From Raillietiella orientalis (taxonomy: Eukaryota), in NCBI GenBank assembly GCA_036172245.1, contig JAYWIR010000019.1, forward strand, positions 2,232,001-2,296,000: a stretch of DNA of 64,000 bases. The letters are read 5' to 3'. Position numbers and translations under genes: made by a program. Shown in pieces: positions 11,716-22,769 of this stretch (position 1 is the stretch's first letter; each line of letters starts with the position of its first letter). The notes under the pieces were generated by a model. It was not told where the DNA came from. It worked only from the letters and a program-made list of their open reading frames with translations, and did no database searches.

Positions 11716-14689
11716 TATATACAGAAAAACTGGACTTCCTCATTCGAAAGAGACGGATTTCTCTCTTGCATCTGCCTTGGAACAGCAGTACGTCCGATTT
11801 TTCGAAAGAGGAGGGATCGTTTTCGAGTCGTCTTTCCCGAGAAAATCTCCAGGAGGCGTATCTTGAGAGGTATCGCCGAAGATGGAGGCGACGCCAGACG
11901 TCTTTCCGCGCTCGACGAAAGCGGCAGGCGGACGTCCGTTCCGACGAGCGGCAGCTCAGGAGGAAATAAGGAAGAAAAAAAGAGCGGATCTCGACCGGTT
12001 CCGGGCGCCAGCGACGGACCACACGTCATCGCGCGTCTTCCGTGTTCCGCCGAACCGCGAGCTCGCAGAGACAGCCAGTCGGGTCCACGCTGAGGTCAGC
12101 GCGGGGGAAATCCAGAAACGGCTACCGATTCCTCCTCGCGCCATCCCGTTCGCAGCTTCTCCAGCCAGTGCCTGCGAAGGGAACGGAGGGCATCCACGTC
12201 GGCGGCCCGTGGCGGGAGGCGGGCCAGAAGGCGCCCGCTGCTCGCCTCCCTCTCCGGCCACCTCGCGGGCTTCGGAGACTTGCCGATGGAGCCGGGTGAC
12301 GGAGGAATTCGCGTGCCGAGGATGGGGACGTTCCCGACCAGCCCCCAGCGACAGGCCCGAGGACTTCTGGGCGTGCGCTCCGACGGCGCCGCCTCCGTCC
12401 GCTTTCATCGATCTCTCCGCCAAGGCTCTCGAGAGCACCTGGACCGTGCAGCGGCATCCTGAGGATCACTCCGGGGCAGGCTGACTGCGCGGTCGGAACC
12501 CGCAGCCATCGACGGCGACTGCGGGAGCGGCCGACGTGCCACGACGACCAGCCACAGAAGCCTCGCGCGTCCGGACGTGGACACGTCGGACGTTCCGGAA
12601 AATGAGGAGGATGCATCTCCTGGTCCACCCTCGATCTTCCGACGGAAGGACCCGGCAAAGTGCGAGCGGGGAAGGAACGGACTTTTCCAGAAGGACGCTC
12701 CGGGTTCGCCTGCGCCTTCGAGTCTCCGAGGACCAGCCGCCGCGATGGAGAGCGAACCACGCTCCGAGGTCGTTTCCGTGGAACCGTCCTCCGCGTCGGA
12801 CTAGCTCCCGGGGTCCTGGCCGGAGTGTGCGCGGCCACCGCGGAGCCGCTGGGCGCCGACGGCAGCGGCTCCGGCAGGGCGCGTTGTCAGCCAGGCGGCG
12901 GCCCGCCATCCTCCGACGGCGGAACGGTTCTGCAGAGACGCGCGGGCGGGTGTGGCGCGGACGATCGGGCTTCGCCGCTTCAGGGCCAGCAGCTCAGGGC
13001 GGGTGGGAGAGTCGCTGCCCGCGCACCCCTTAGCGGCGGCTTCCTTCTGCCCTTGGCAACCGGCACCTCGTACCGGGGTGAGCGCAGGGCGTCGCATCGC
13101 GCGTTCGGTTCGTCCCTCCGCGCCACCTCTGCTCACCGCTGCGGGCCTTCGAGGCGAGTCTGGAAGGCAGGTCGAGACCGCCCTTTCGCCGCCTCCTCTT
13201 CGACGAGCTGCAGCCGCCCCGAGGGAAACTTCCAGGGGATGCGGCAAGCGGCTGCCACGTGGTTCGCTTCGCCTTCCTCCCGACCCCCGATTTTGCGTGT
13301 CATCCTCCGGCGGGCGACCTCGGGGTGCCTGTGGACCTCTGGCGGAGCTCAGGGTCGTCTCCTCTGGCTTCTCCCTGACCACAGGCATGGTTCACCGTCT
13401 CTCGGAGGCAACGCGAGCGGACGCAAGCGCTGACGCGTGCTCCGTACGCAAGCGGCAGCTGCAGGAAAGTGAACGTCCCGGTGCTTCCCGCCGCGAGGGG
13501 GCGGGAGCGTTTCCTGCGAGCGGGGCGTCTTGTCCCGGGCACCGAGCAGCTCCGGTCGGCGGTGGCAAGAAAGCGGGACGGGAGCGCTGGAGCGGGCCGC
13601 GAGGGGGGTCTCGGGTGGCGGCGGCGGCAGAGGGATGGGCTTCCGAGGAGGAGGCGGTGCGTAAGTCTTGGGTCCCGTCGGGAGAGAGCGCAGCAGGCTG
13701 GTCGTCGGCGCGCAACTGCCGGCGGTTGCGGAGAGGTTGACGCGTGGGCCGTACCGGGATGCCGAGGTGGTTCCCGAGAGTTGGGGCGCAAGCCGCGGAC
13801 GTTGGACCGCATCGCGGTTTCCAGCACCTCTGCAGGATCACCTTTAGGGCGAACTGGCCCCTTGTGGCGAGTCTCCTTTTACGCGTTCGTCCAGGCCAGG
13901 ATTTGTTCGCCATCTTGGATGTGCTTGAGCTTGTGGATGCAGGAATGTTGCTACGGAATTCTCTATCCTTTTGCAGCACCGAACGCAGCAACTCTACCGG
14001 TATTCGTCTGTTCCCGCGCTGCTGAGGACGAGGACCACAAGACCACGATCAAAAGGACGCTTTTAGAGGGAAGGCGGCTGGCGCTTTTGGTTCTCCTGAC
14101 TGTCAGTAAAGTCCGACGGACGGAGTCAGCGGCGTGGACTTCATTCCTTTCTCCGAATGGCAAGAGTACCTGGAAAGAAGCCGGAGGCTACCAAATGACC
14201 CGACGCTCCCACAAGCGCCCGTGCACAGGGAAGTTCAATGGACAGTGGCAGGAGTCAGGTGTCTGTCGGTCACGCCCCGATAGAAGCTTCCCATATCTTC
14301 AGGAGTACGAAGACGGAATCGCGGGTCGCTCTCACGAACTTCCGGAGGGTAACGACAGGGCGGGGGATTTTCAGCGTCCCGCACGGCGCCTGCAGCGTCG
14401 GTGGGAAACGTGGCCGAGCGTCCTCAGCGCGTGAGATGCGAGCTGCTGGGAAACTCCCGCGCGGAGCTTTCGCCAAGCGTTCGGGAGGACCGGCGCTGGA
14501 TTTCTGGGCGCGAGGGTGTGACCGGGTGAAAGGAAAGAGACCACCTGGGATGCAGGAGACGTTGAATAAGTGACGCAGACTCGGGGAAGCATCCGCTCTT
14601 ATCCCTTTCTTATGAGGACCTGGGCGTCGCGTTTTGTTTTTTTTGCCCAGGTTCGTTTGAGTCAGTCACGAACTTCCGGGTGGCTCTCG

Positions 14690-15284
14690 TTGGCGGCCGT
14701 GCGACTGCCGCCATCGCGGGTTGGAATCCCTCCCGGGGGAAGGACCGAAGTCGAGTTATGGGTGCGTCATGGGGACTCTGGTTAGCCTATTCGAGTGCGC
14801 CACTAATGGAAACCGGAAACCCCGGATGCCCCCCATTGAGTAGCTGGGATTGGAATTGACCCTACGGGGTCCTTCTGGGAAGCAAGGAATTGGTTCCCTT
14901 TAGTGTTCTCCCCTCCCCTCGTTCTGCAAATGGAACCGACTCCCATGCTCGTGAGGAGACCCTCTATCGAGTATTATGGATCTGGTGGATCGATACTTCT
15001 CCAGAGCGCCAGGAAGCGCTCTGCTCCCTTCGAGGTTCTCTTCAGAGGAGGAAACAGGGAGCAGTTCCCTTGTGGGTTCCCTCCAGAGAGAATAAGGAAA
15101 AGGTTCCCTCCGGGGTTCCCTCCCAAGAGTGAGAGGAACGAATTTCTTCCTCCAGAGCTCTTCCTGGATTCAAAGGATGGTCAATCCTCAGTGACCTCCC
15201 AACTTGAACAGTTAGCACGTACTCCCGAGTGGCGTGGAAAGTCTTTAAATAAACTCTGTGAGCCCCCTCCCCCTTAAGGGGGAG
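14690..15284 (+). mobile_element. tRNA-headed composite interspersed repeat, copy C
   Basis: GGTTGGAATCC at 14719-14729; same body as copy B; ends in the perfect palindrome CTCCCCCTTAAGGGGGAG (15267-15284). Confidence 0.65.
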
Positions 15285-16084
15285 ACGGATGGTTCTGAAG
15301 AAAAAAGAAAAAGAAAAAATAAGAAGCCGAAAGGGATGCAGGGAAGACAGAAAAACCCCAAAGCACTCCCGTCGTCCCAGGTCCTCAAGTGGCAGGAGTC
15401 GGTGTTGATGGTGTTGCACGGGGGGAATCCCGTGTGAAGAGCGCCTTCGCCATTGGACACGGGGGGGAGGGGGGCGTGGACGCTCAAAGCGCGGCAGGTG
15501 CGGGAAGAAGCAGACCCTCCCGCACCTGCTTTTGGACTGTGCTACCCTCCGACCCTTTCGGGATCGCCTCGCGACGATCCTAGGTATCCTGGCGGGAGCT
15601 TCTTCCCTCCACCCCCTAGGGACAACGCCTCTTCGCACGTGCCGCTCTGCTTCATCCCTCGCAGTTCCCTGCTGTGTCGTTCGTGGGATCGCGGCGGTCT
15701 GGAACGCTAGAGGAAGAGGTCGGAACTGCAGGAACGCCATCCACTGGGCGCTCCCAGTGGATGGCGTACTTCAGTTCTTCCTGGGAAGATCTTCCTGGGG
15801 ACCGCTGCGAGATGGCCCCACCTGGGAGCTATACGGACGGAACTTGCCGGCATCCTGAACATGGTGTAGAGGACGCCTGGCGGCGTACCGTGATGCCTTC
15901 CTCGTCCCTTCACCCCTCCTCCACGGCTATAATTTCCCTTCCCCTGTTTTTGTTTTCGTTTCCTCCACGCTTACGAAGCTGACCTCGCCAGCCTGAGAAC
16001 CGCTCTGGCAGGTTCGCTGAGCGTGGTAGAATCAACGGTTCGGCCATACCAATGTATTTCTATTATCTTGAGTAATAAATGCCC

Positions 16085-16800
16085 AGCATAACCGGGCGAT
16101 AATCATCCTAGGCCCATCATCCCATCCATCAAAGTGGATCTTGAAAAGCTGCCCCACAACACGGCACACAGTAGCCGCACGCACAAGTCGTGGATCCATC
16201 AGACCCGGTGCTTCCGGATGCTGCCCCACATGGAACACGTGTTCCAGGATTTGTCGAGAAAATCAGCTGGATTCATAGGGTGCGAATCTTCCTTAGGTCG
16301 GCCTCGGGTGTTGGCAGCAGCACATGGGCTCTGGAGGGTCAGGGGCGGCTCCCGTTTCTTTCAGATATTCTTCCCAATCGAAGGGTTCTCCACCAGCTAA
16401 TGGGGGGGCTACCAGCTCGGAGTAGAATTTTGCTCGCAGAAGCCTGCTGAGAAAACGCATGGGGAACGAGCATGACAGCAAAATGGGCCAGATGACCTCG
16501 TGACCCTTTTGTTGAGCAGATGTAGCAGCATCCATATGCACCGTAAAGTAACCATCAGCCAATACCTGTACAGCTGGTTACGCAGATCTGGGATAAATTC
16601 GACGGATCAACAGCCTCCAATTTCACGTTCGGCTCAAATCCCTGGGATACTGTTAAAGGACGCAGTGAAGGATCCAAGGAATGACTTGCTGGTGTTTCAT
16701 GCTCCCTTCTGACCACAGGATGACCATCCCACAGGTTGCATTAAGGGTGACTCCTAATGTCAATGGAATTCATTCCGAGGTTCCCGAGCCCATAGTAACG
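16085..16800 (-). pseudogene. Sfmbt: Frameshifted fragment of an Sfmbt/MBTD1-type MBT-repeat gene
   Basis: Ordered motifs in shifting frames: SPLMQPVGWS; GFEPNVKLEAVDPSNLSQICV; VLADGYFTVHMD; FCCHARSPCVFSAGFCEQN; PFDWEEYLKETGAAP; LMDPRLVRAATVCRVVGQLFKIHFDGWDD. Confidence 0.85.
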
Positions 16801-19699
16801 ATCTCCCCGTGAGGTCGCTACTGGCCTTTTTCTTTGGAAAAAAAAAAAAAAACTTCTGGGATGCTTTCTTCCTGAGCAGCGGGAAAAGAGCTCTCGATGC
16901 ACTCGAAGGCCCGCCGCAGTTTCCAGGACCGCTTTCCTGAATTTCCGCTGGGTAGCAGCACGCGGGTTTCCCGGAACTAGCGCGTGCACTCCCTGCGCTC
17001 CCAGCAACAAATCCTCTGGGCGCGTCGACAAGGCTGGCGTGCAAGTTGGCACTCTGCGTTCGCTTCCCAGTAGGTGCAGCACGCAGGCGGGAGGCAGGCG
17101 TTGCTCGCGAAATCTGAAAGCCCGACAGGTCCCGGTCTTCGACTGGCATTCCTGCAGGCCCCGTTCCCCCGAATTGGGTTGCGCCGTTCCTTATGAATTC
17201 TGGATGCGGCAACCAGGTGTCTGGATTTCCGTCGCTCTCTTTCCCAACTGCGAAGTTCCCGCGGAAGTCGATTTCGGGTGAGCAGTTGAGTCCTCGATGG
17301 CGAGCGCCATGGATACGGAAACGGAACCCCTAAGATCCAGGTCAAGACCTCGTGGTGGTCTTTATTCGAAAAGAATCTTGGTCCGAGGGATCGAGACTGC
17401 TCTCGAGCACAAGAACGGGACAGTTGGACCTGCTGACTGATTGACCCAAGGGCTTTTTTTGTTTTTTGGGGAGGAGGGTTTTCGCCTCCCCTGCTGCTTG
17501 CGTTTCGTCTTCGTGGTTGCTTCAGATGGTCCTGCTGCGGCGGAGGGAGCTTCCATCCGACTCGATCCTGACTTTCGATCACAACCTAACCTTTCTTAAC
17601 ATCTGTGATCCTTCCGTGACGGAAATTCAGCAGCCTGTCCAAGGCAGAGTTCTACGACCGTTCTCAATACAGGCGTTCCAAGACTGGTTCTTGCTTTGGA
17701 GTCTTCCCTGAAAGATTCCAAAGCCAGAAACATTGGACGGTGAGACGTCCGCACTAACTAGTCGACCCACTGATCTTTCGATCGAATGATCTCTGGGAGA
17801 CCCATTCGCCTTCATTGACTTCGCTGATGGATTTTATGGTTTCCTCCAGGGACAGTCACGAAGGAAGCGCCACCCTCGCAGGTGGACCAGCACTCTGTTC
17901 AACACATCTGTTGTGTTTGGCCATCAGGGCGTTTCCTTAGGCAGGCCTCCCTTCCTCAGTTCTTTTTGTAGGTGAACCATTGCACGTAACATAGCGAAGA
18001 ACTTCCAGATTGTTTCCAGCTGGGCAATGCTGGTCGCTTGAAAGCCCATTTTCAATGGCCATTAGCGGTATGGGTCAAAACTGGGGGAGAGGAAAGGAAA
18101 AGCAGTTTGAGGGAGAGAAAACAGTCTGCTCAAGACATGAGATGGATGCTTTTTAAATTGGAAATCGGAAAGCGCCCGCTTCGACGAGCAACGAGCAAGT
18201 CGGTAGGTTCAAGTTTCGCAGGTTCCTGCGAAGCTCCAGTCCCTTCCTGGTAAGAAGTGATCAGCGATGGTCAGCGAGTTCATCAGTTTCCCCGAAGAAT
18301 GCTCTTTTCGAAGGTGCATGAAGCGGAGGAGAGCAGAGCACGGATGCTGATTATCGCGCCGAAGAAACCGAGTCCTCTTCGCCCGTCTTCTGATGCAAGC
18401 TCCATTCGTGGGGAACGAGACACCTAGGGCACTTACCTGCTTGTTCTGGAGGGCAAGCGCTCAGTGGTGCCGCCGAGTGTCCCTTTCCGGAAGCTCGAGA
18501 ATGGTCCAGCGACTCGCTTGGAGGATTTGATTGGTTCCGAGGTAAAAAAAAAAAAAAAATCGTGAGTGGTGGCTACGTCTCGCCACCAGCGGATCCGGCA
18601 CGGTGCCGTTCATTAAGGTGGATTCCGGGCTGTGGTTTCCTGCTCGGAATGTGCTGACAAAACAGTCCGAAGCACTTGGAAGGAAGGCGACATTTCCCTT
18701 GGCTCCGCGAGCCCGGCTCGGAAATTCCAAGGAGTCACTCGTTCAAAGTCTCAGAGGCGTTGGCGATTGAGATCTGCGAGAGTAATGGAGAGAGGACGTC
18801 TCCTTCTTTGGCTTTTTGTATCCTCGTCATGGGAACCGCCTCGTTCCCTTTGTCCTCAGCAAAAAACGCCTCCCGACCTGCATCCCTCTTTCTATTTGGA
18901 GAACACCCCGACGGCTAGAAGGCGTGCGAGATGCCTCCAACGTAAACACAAGAAAGTGCTGGGTCCATTGTGCGTCTCCGGAAAGACGTTATAGAACGCG
19001 CTCCGGAAGTTACGTCACGCCTCATCTTTGTTCGTGACGCATCGGAACTCGCCTCTCCTCAGGAAACGAAGGAGTTTTTGCAAATAACATGCGTTGCACA
19101 AAGGGAATTTTCCGTTTGGATTCTATTGTCCCTGCGCCGGAGGTCACTACAGAAGACGTTGAAGCTGAAATGCAGGAAGCGTCGCGGATTAAAAAGGTAC
19201 GTTGCCTCAGTTTGCTGGGAACTCGGACATTTTTCCCATTAGCATCCTTCGGCAGGGATGCAGATACAAAAGGGGGCAAGTCTTAAATTAATGAGAGAGA
19301 CGTAACAGACACATCGAGACAAAGGGGCATTCCGTGAGTGCACGGATGAAACCGAACTAAAACAAAGGGATGCAGCCTAGAATCTATGATCCGACAGGGA
19401 AGAGCCATCGCCTTCTCGCCGCAACGAAGACCGGCGTTCGAAAGAACCAGAGCCTCCATGACGAAGAGGAAGGTGGGATGAAAATGAGGGACAGGAAACG
19501 CGAGCAGACCTTCTCGCTCTGAAAACGATTCAGGAGAGCACGACACTGCTAAAACAGATGCAGAGACAAAAGGATATCGGCAGGACCAGCCGCAGGGAAC
19601 TTGTTCGTATTTTCCTGAAAATGGGAGTAGATGGGATTGAACGTGCTTTCAGAAGCAGCAGCCACTCTCCTGGAAGCAGCTTATGTGTTCCGCAAGGAA

Positions 19700-19910
19700 A
19701 GAGCCTGAGAGGGTGATGTTCCATAATTGGTAGCCATTTGGGAAGCTTATCCCGGAGACTAATTGCAGCGCCATAATTGGCGCCACTGTTGCTGTTGACC
19801 TTTGAAGGATACGAAATCACTGCGGACAGCGGCTATTACTTACGCCAGATGAGCGAATCTGTAACAACCACTCAGTCAGCATTCTTTGATTCCTCAGTTG
19901 ACGAGATGAA
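19700..19910 (-). mobile_element. Possible highly decayed hAT transposase remnant
   Basis: SGANYGAAISLRDKLPKWLPIMEHHPLRL loosely resembles the hAT DGA...LxxxxPWLxxxHCxxHRL region; key residues are lost. Confidence 0.25.
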
Positions 19911-20873
19911 GATTCGTGTCAGAAAGACGGCCATTCGATGCACTTCAAAAGCATGGCTTTCGCGGCGAGGGAGTGGTTCGGAGGAAGACCTCGGTCGTAC
20001 GGAGATCACAACGCGGGCTCTTCGACCTTCAGGTGCAACCCAGAAGAAGACACCGAGAGAGCGAAAACTGGATCGAACTCTGAACGAAACTGCCATTTTG
20101 CTTACCTAATGAAGGTCTGAAACTGAAATTTGAAGAAAGCAAAGGCGAAGAATATCCGAGCAAAATGAAGAAAAAAAAATATATATTCTGCATCCAGAAA
20201 CTCTCCAGCCGATTGGCCAGCGGCTCCGAAGGTGTTCCTCCTTGAAATTTCGCTTCTTTGTTCATCTTCCCTCAACGCCGGGCACGCGACCTGCTACGAC
20301 GTGGACGTGTTGTTCGTACATGTACGGATGGTGACCACCTGGGCGCCTGGAAACCGAGCAGCATCCGATTCATGAAAAACAACTCGTTCAGGAAACAGAA
20401 TGGCAACTGATTCGGATTCACTCGATGGCTCGGCACTGTGCGCACTGATGGAAACTACGTGGTTCCTTGGATGAGGTGCGACACTTTTTGCATAAAGGGG
20501 ATCACATGGGGTGGTTACGGTGCGTGAACAGTTTTTCCTGGGGTTGCACACATGCCCTCAGGCGTGCGCAAGTTCATGTGGGTTTTCTTTTCCTTTTTTT
20601 TTCTTTTTTAACGTGATTTTGTATGATCCAAAAAAGAGAAAAAGAAAGAGGAATCACAAAGCGGAATCTGGAGCTCAAACAAAACGCTCTTGGAACCAGA
20701 GTGCTGATGGAAAAAAAGAAAAGGAAAATGCGTCGTAGCTCTGAGAGTTGGAGCTCACGAAGCATTCCCATTTATAAGATTGATATTGCCGCTTCACGAT
20801 CACGTACCCAATTGTATGCAACCAAAAAAGGAGAAGACATGAAAATAATGGGAAATTACCTTAGGAACACACA

Positions 20874-20874
<1 letters not shown>

Positions 20875-20912
<38 letters not shown>
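20875..20912. repeat. (AC)19 microsatellite
   Basis: Read directly from the sequence. Confidence 0.95.
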
Positions 20913-20916
<4 letters not shown>

Positions 20917-22604
20917 GAAAGCGCTCTCTTAGCATTCAAGACCCAGCTGACTTGAGAAAGGTCTAATGCAAGCACTCAGCGAAGGACAGCCACCTTAGAC
21001 AGCGCGATGAGCACATTATAAAGAACAATGCCTGAAAGATAAACACATACACCAGAAAAAAGAACAAAACACATACACAATTACAAGGATGTATCGTCTT
21101 GAGAACAGATCTTTTAAGCCTTTTTTTTTTTTTTCTCGATGCACAGCTTGAAAATGTGCTCTGTCTGCGTCGGACAACACGACTGGCGACTCGCTTTTCT
21201 GACGGTCACAGCGGGATGACCAGTGACAGGCAAAGAAGCTCTTTCCAGCAGCAGCACACCTTCCGCCCTTCTCGTACTTGATTTTCACGAATTTCTGGAA
21301 CAGGAGCAGGAAGCAGGAAAAAAAAAAAAAGGAATTTGAAAGTTTTCTTTCCAGCGCGAGCACTCGGATGCCCCATCTCTGTATTTCTGCGAGCGCCGGT
21401 GACGGCTGTCCAGTTTTTTCCACGTCATGCTCGACTCGATAGCATCTGTGGCGCATGGCTCAGGTAGAAAAGTGAAATGTAACGCAGAGGCTCGTCGCAA
21501 ACGGCGAGCAATAAGAGCCTCGGGCGTAATCCTGAAAAGATTCTCATCATCGGCTCCATGGCGCAAAAAGAATTCCAAACGTTGCTTTGGATCCCTCACA
21601 CGGACACTCTCGTTCTGCAAGCTGCGAGCCGTGGGCTCTTCATTTCTCCCCTCCGAAAACACGTCACGAAACTTTCACAGGGACATCTCACTGCCGCCTC
21701 TGCTCTGTGGAGAAGCGACCTGGAAAATTTCAGATTCTTCGGAGTGTCGCAAGGGAAGCAGCATTCGTATACATCTTCTCGGAAGCGGATGGAGCAATTC
21801 CACGTGCGTCACTGCTGACCGCGCGGCATGAAGAAAGAACACAACATGGAGTCACGTACATCCGCGACCTTTGTGGTACTGCTGTCAGCCAATGAATCAC
21901 GGAGGAGGAAATTTTCGCGTCCCACTCTTGAGGACACGTGACTTTTAGACGGACGAACTCTACCTTGCACAGATGTGTCAAATCAATGTGTGTGTGTGTA
22001 TACATATAAGTATATAGGTACACGTACAATTGCTTCGATCGCCTCCTAACTGCTTTGTACGCTAATAGTTGCTTGTCGGGAAAAACAAAAAAGCGTACAC
22101 CGGAGATACGTTAAGGTGTGCACGCCTTTCGATTCCAGACGCGGGCATGCATTCTAGACTAATGAGTTGATAGACTAATAAGGAAAGCTGAAAACATCGA
22201 AACACGAATCAGCAGCTGCAACGAGAACAGTTTCTAATGGATGCTGCATGGTGAATCTCATTACGTCAATCCAAGCGTGCATTTGCAGAGCGAATGAATG
22301 CTTGGAAGCAGAGTAATGATAAATTACGACCGTGGACCTGTTCGGCGATTTCCGCTGGTATGTAGCACTCAGGAATCCGCCTAATATTTTTGAAAAAGAT
22401 TAAAAAAAGAGGGGGGCAGGAGGAGGAAGAAGAAAGGAAATTGACCTGCCAGTCGCGGCGAATTTGCATCTCGCCTTCAAAAGACTTCAGGTGGGAGATT
22501 TCCTTCGGAAACCTTTCCGAAGGCGGAGCAGTGAAGCACGCGCTCGAGAAAAGTGAACCTGGTGCCCAGCCCGACACTAAATGACTGTTCAAAATATTTG
22601 TAAT

Positions 22605-22610
22605 TTTATT
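22605..22610 (-). promoter_or_regulatory. Candidate polyadenylation signal of the sas-like gene
   Basis: TTTATT on + (AATAAA on -), about 105 nt after the stop codon. Confidence 0.4.
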
Positions 22611-22715
22611 CCAGTTATCACAGAATATCATCTCTTCAACAAGTCAGGGTCACAGCAACTCGGCGTTGCAGGAATGTAACACTTCGGTGAGGCGGCTGGC
22701 TGCTCGTTCGTGTGC

Positions 22716-22769
22716 TCAAGGCTCGATAGTTTTGATATAATCCTTCCCGTTCATTTCAAATTCCTGAGC
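22716..22769 (-). CDS. sas: Probable terminal coding exon (AQEFEMNGKDYIKTIEP-stop)
   Basis: Strong acceptor ccttgcttttcag|GCT in phase 0 matching the donor at 24428; TGA at 22716-22718; AATAAA about 105 nt downstream. Confidence 0.65.
   Translation of the reverse strand, partial: AQEFEMNGKDYIKTIEP

Noticed and set aside
1..16000. Many long overlapping ORFs (up to 321 aa) on both strands
   Set aside because: Arg/Pro/Gly/Ser-rich translations expected from high GC; no recognisable domain or consistent exon chain
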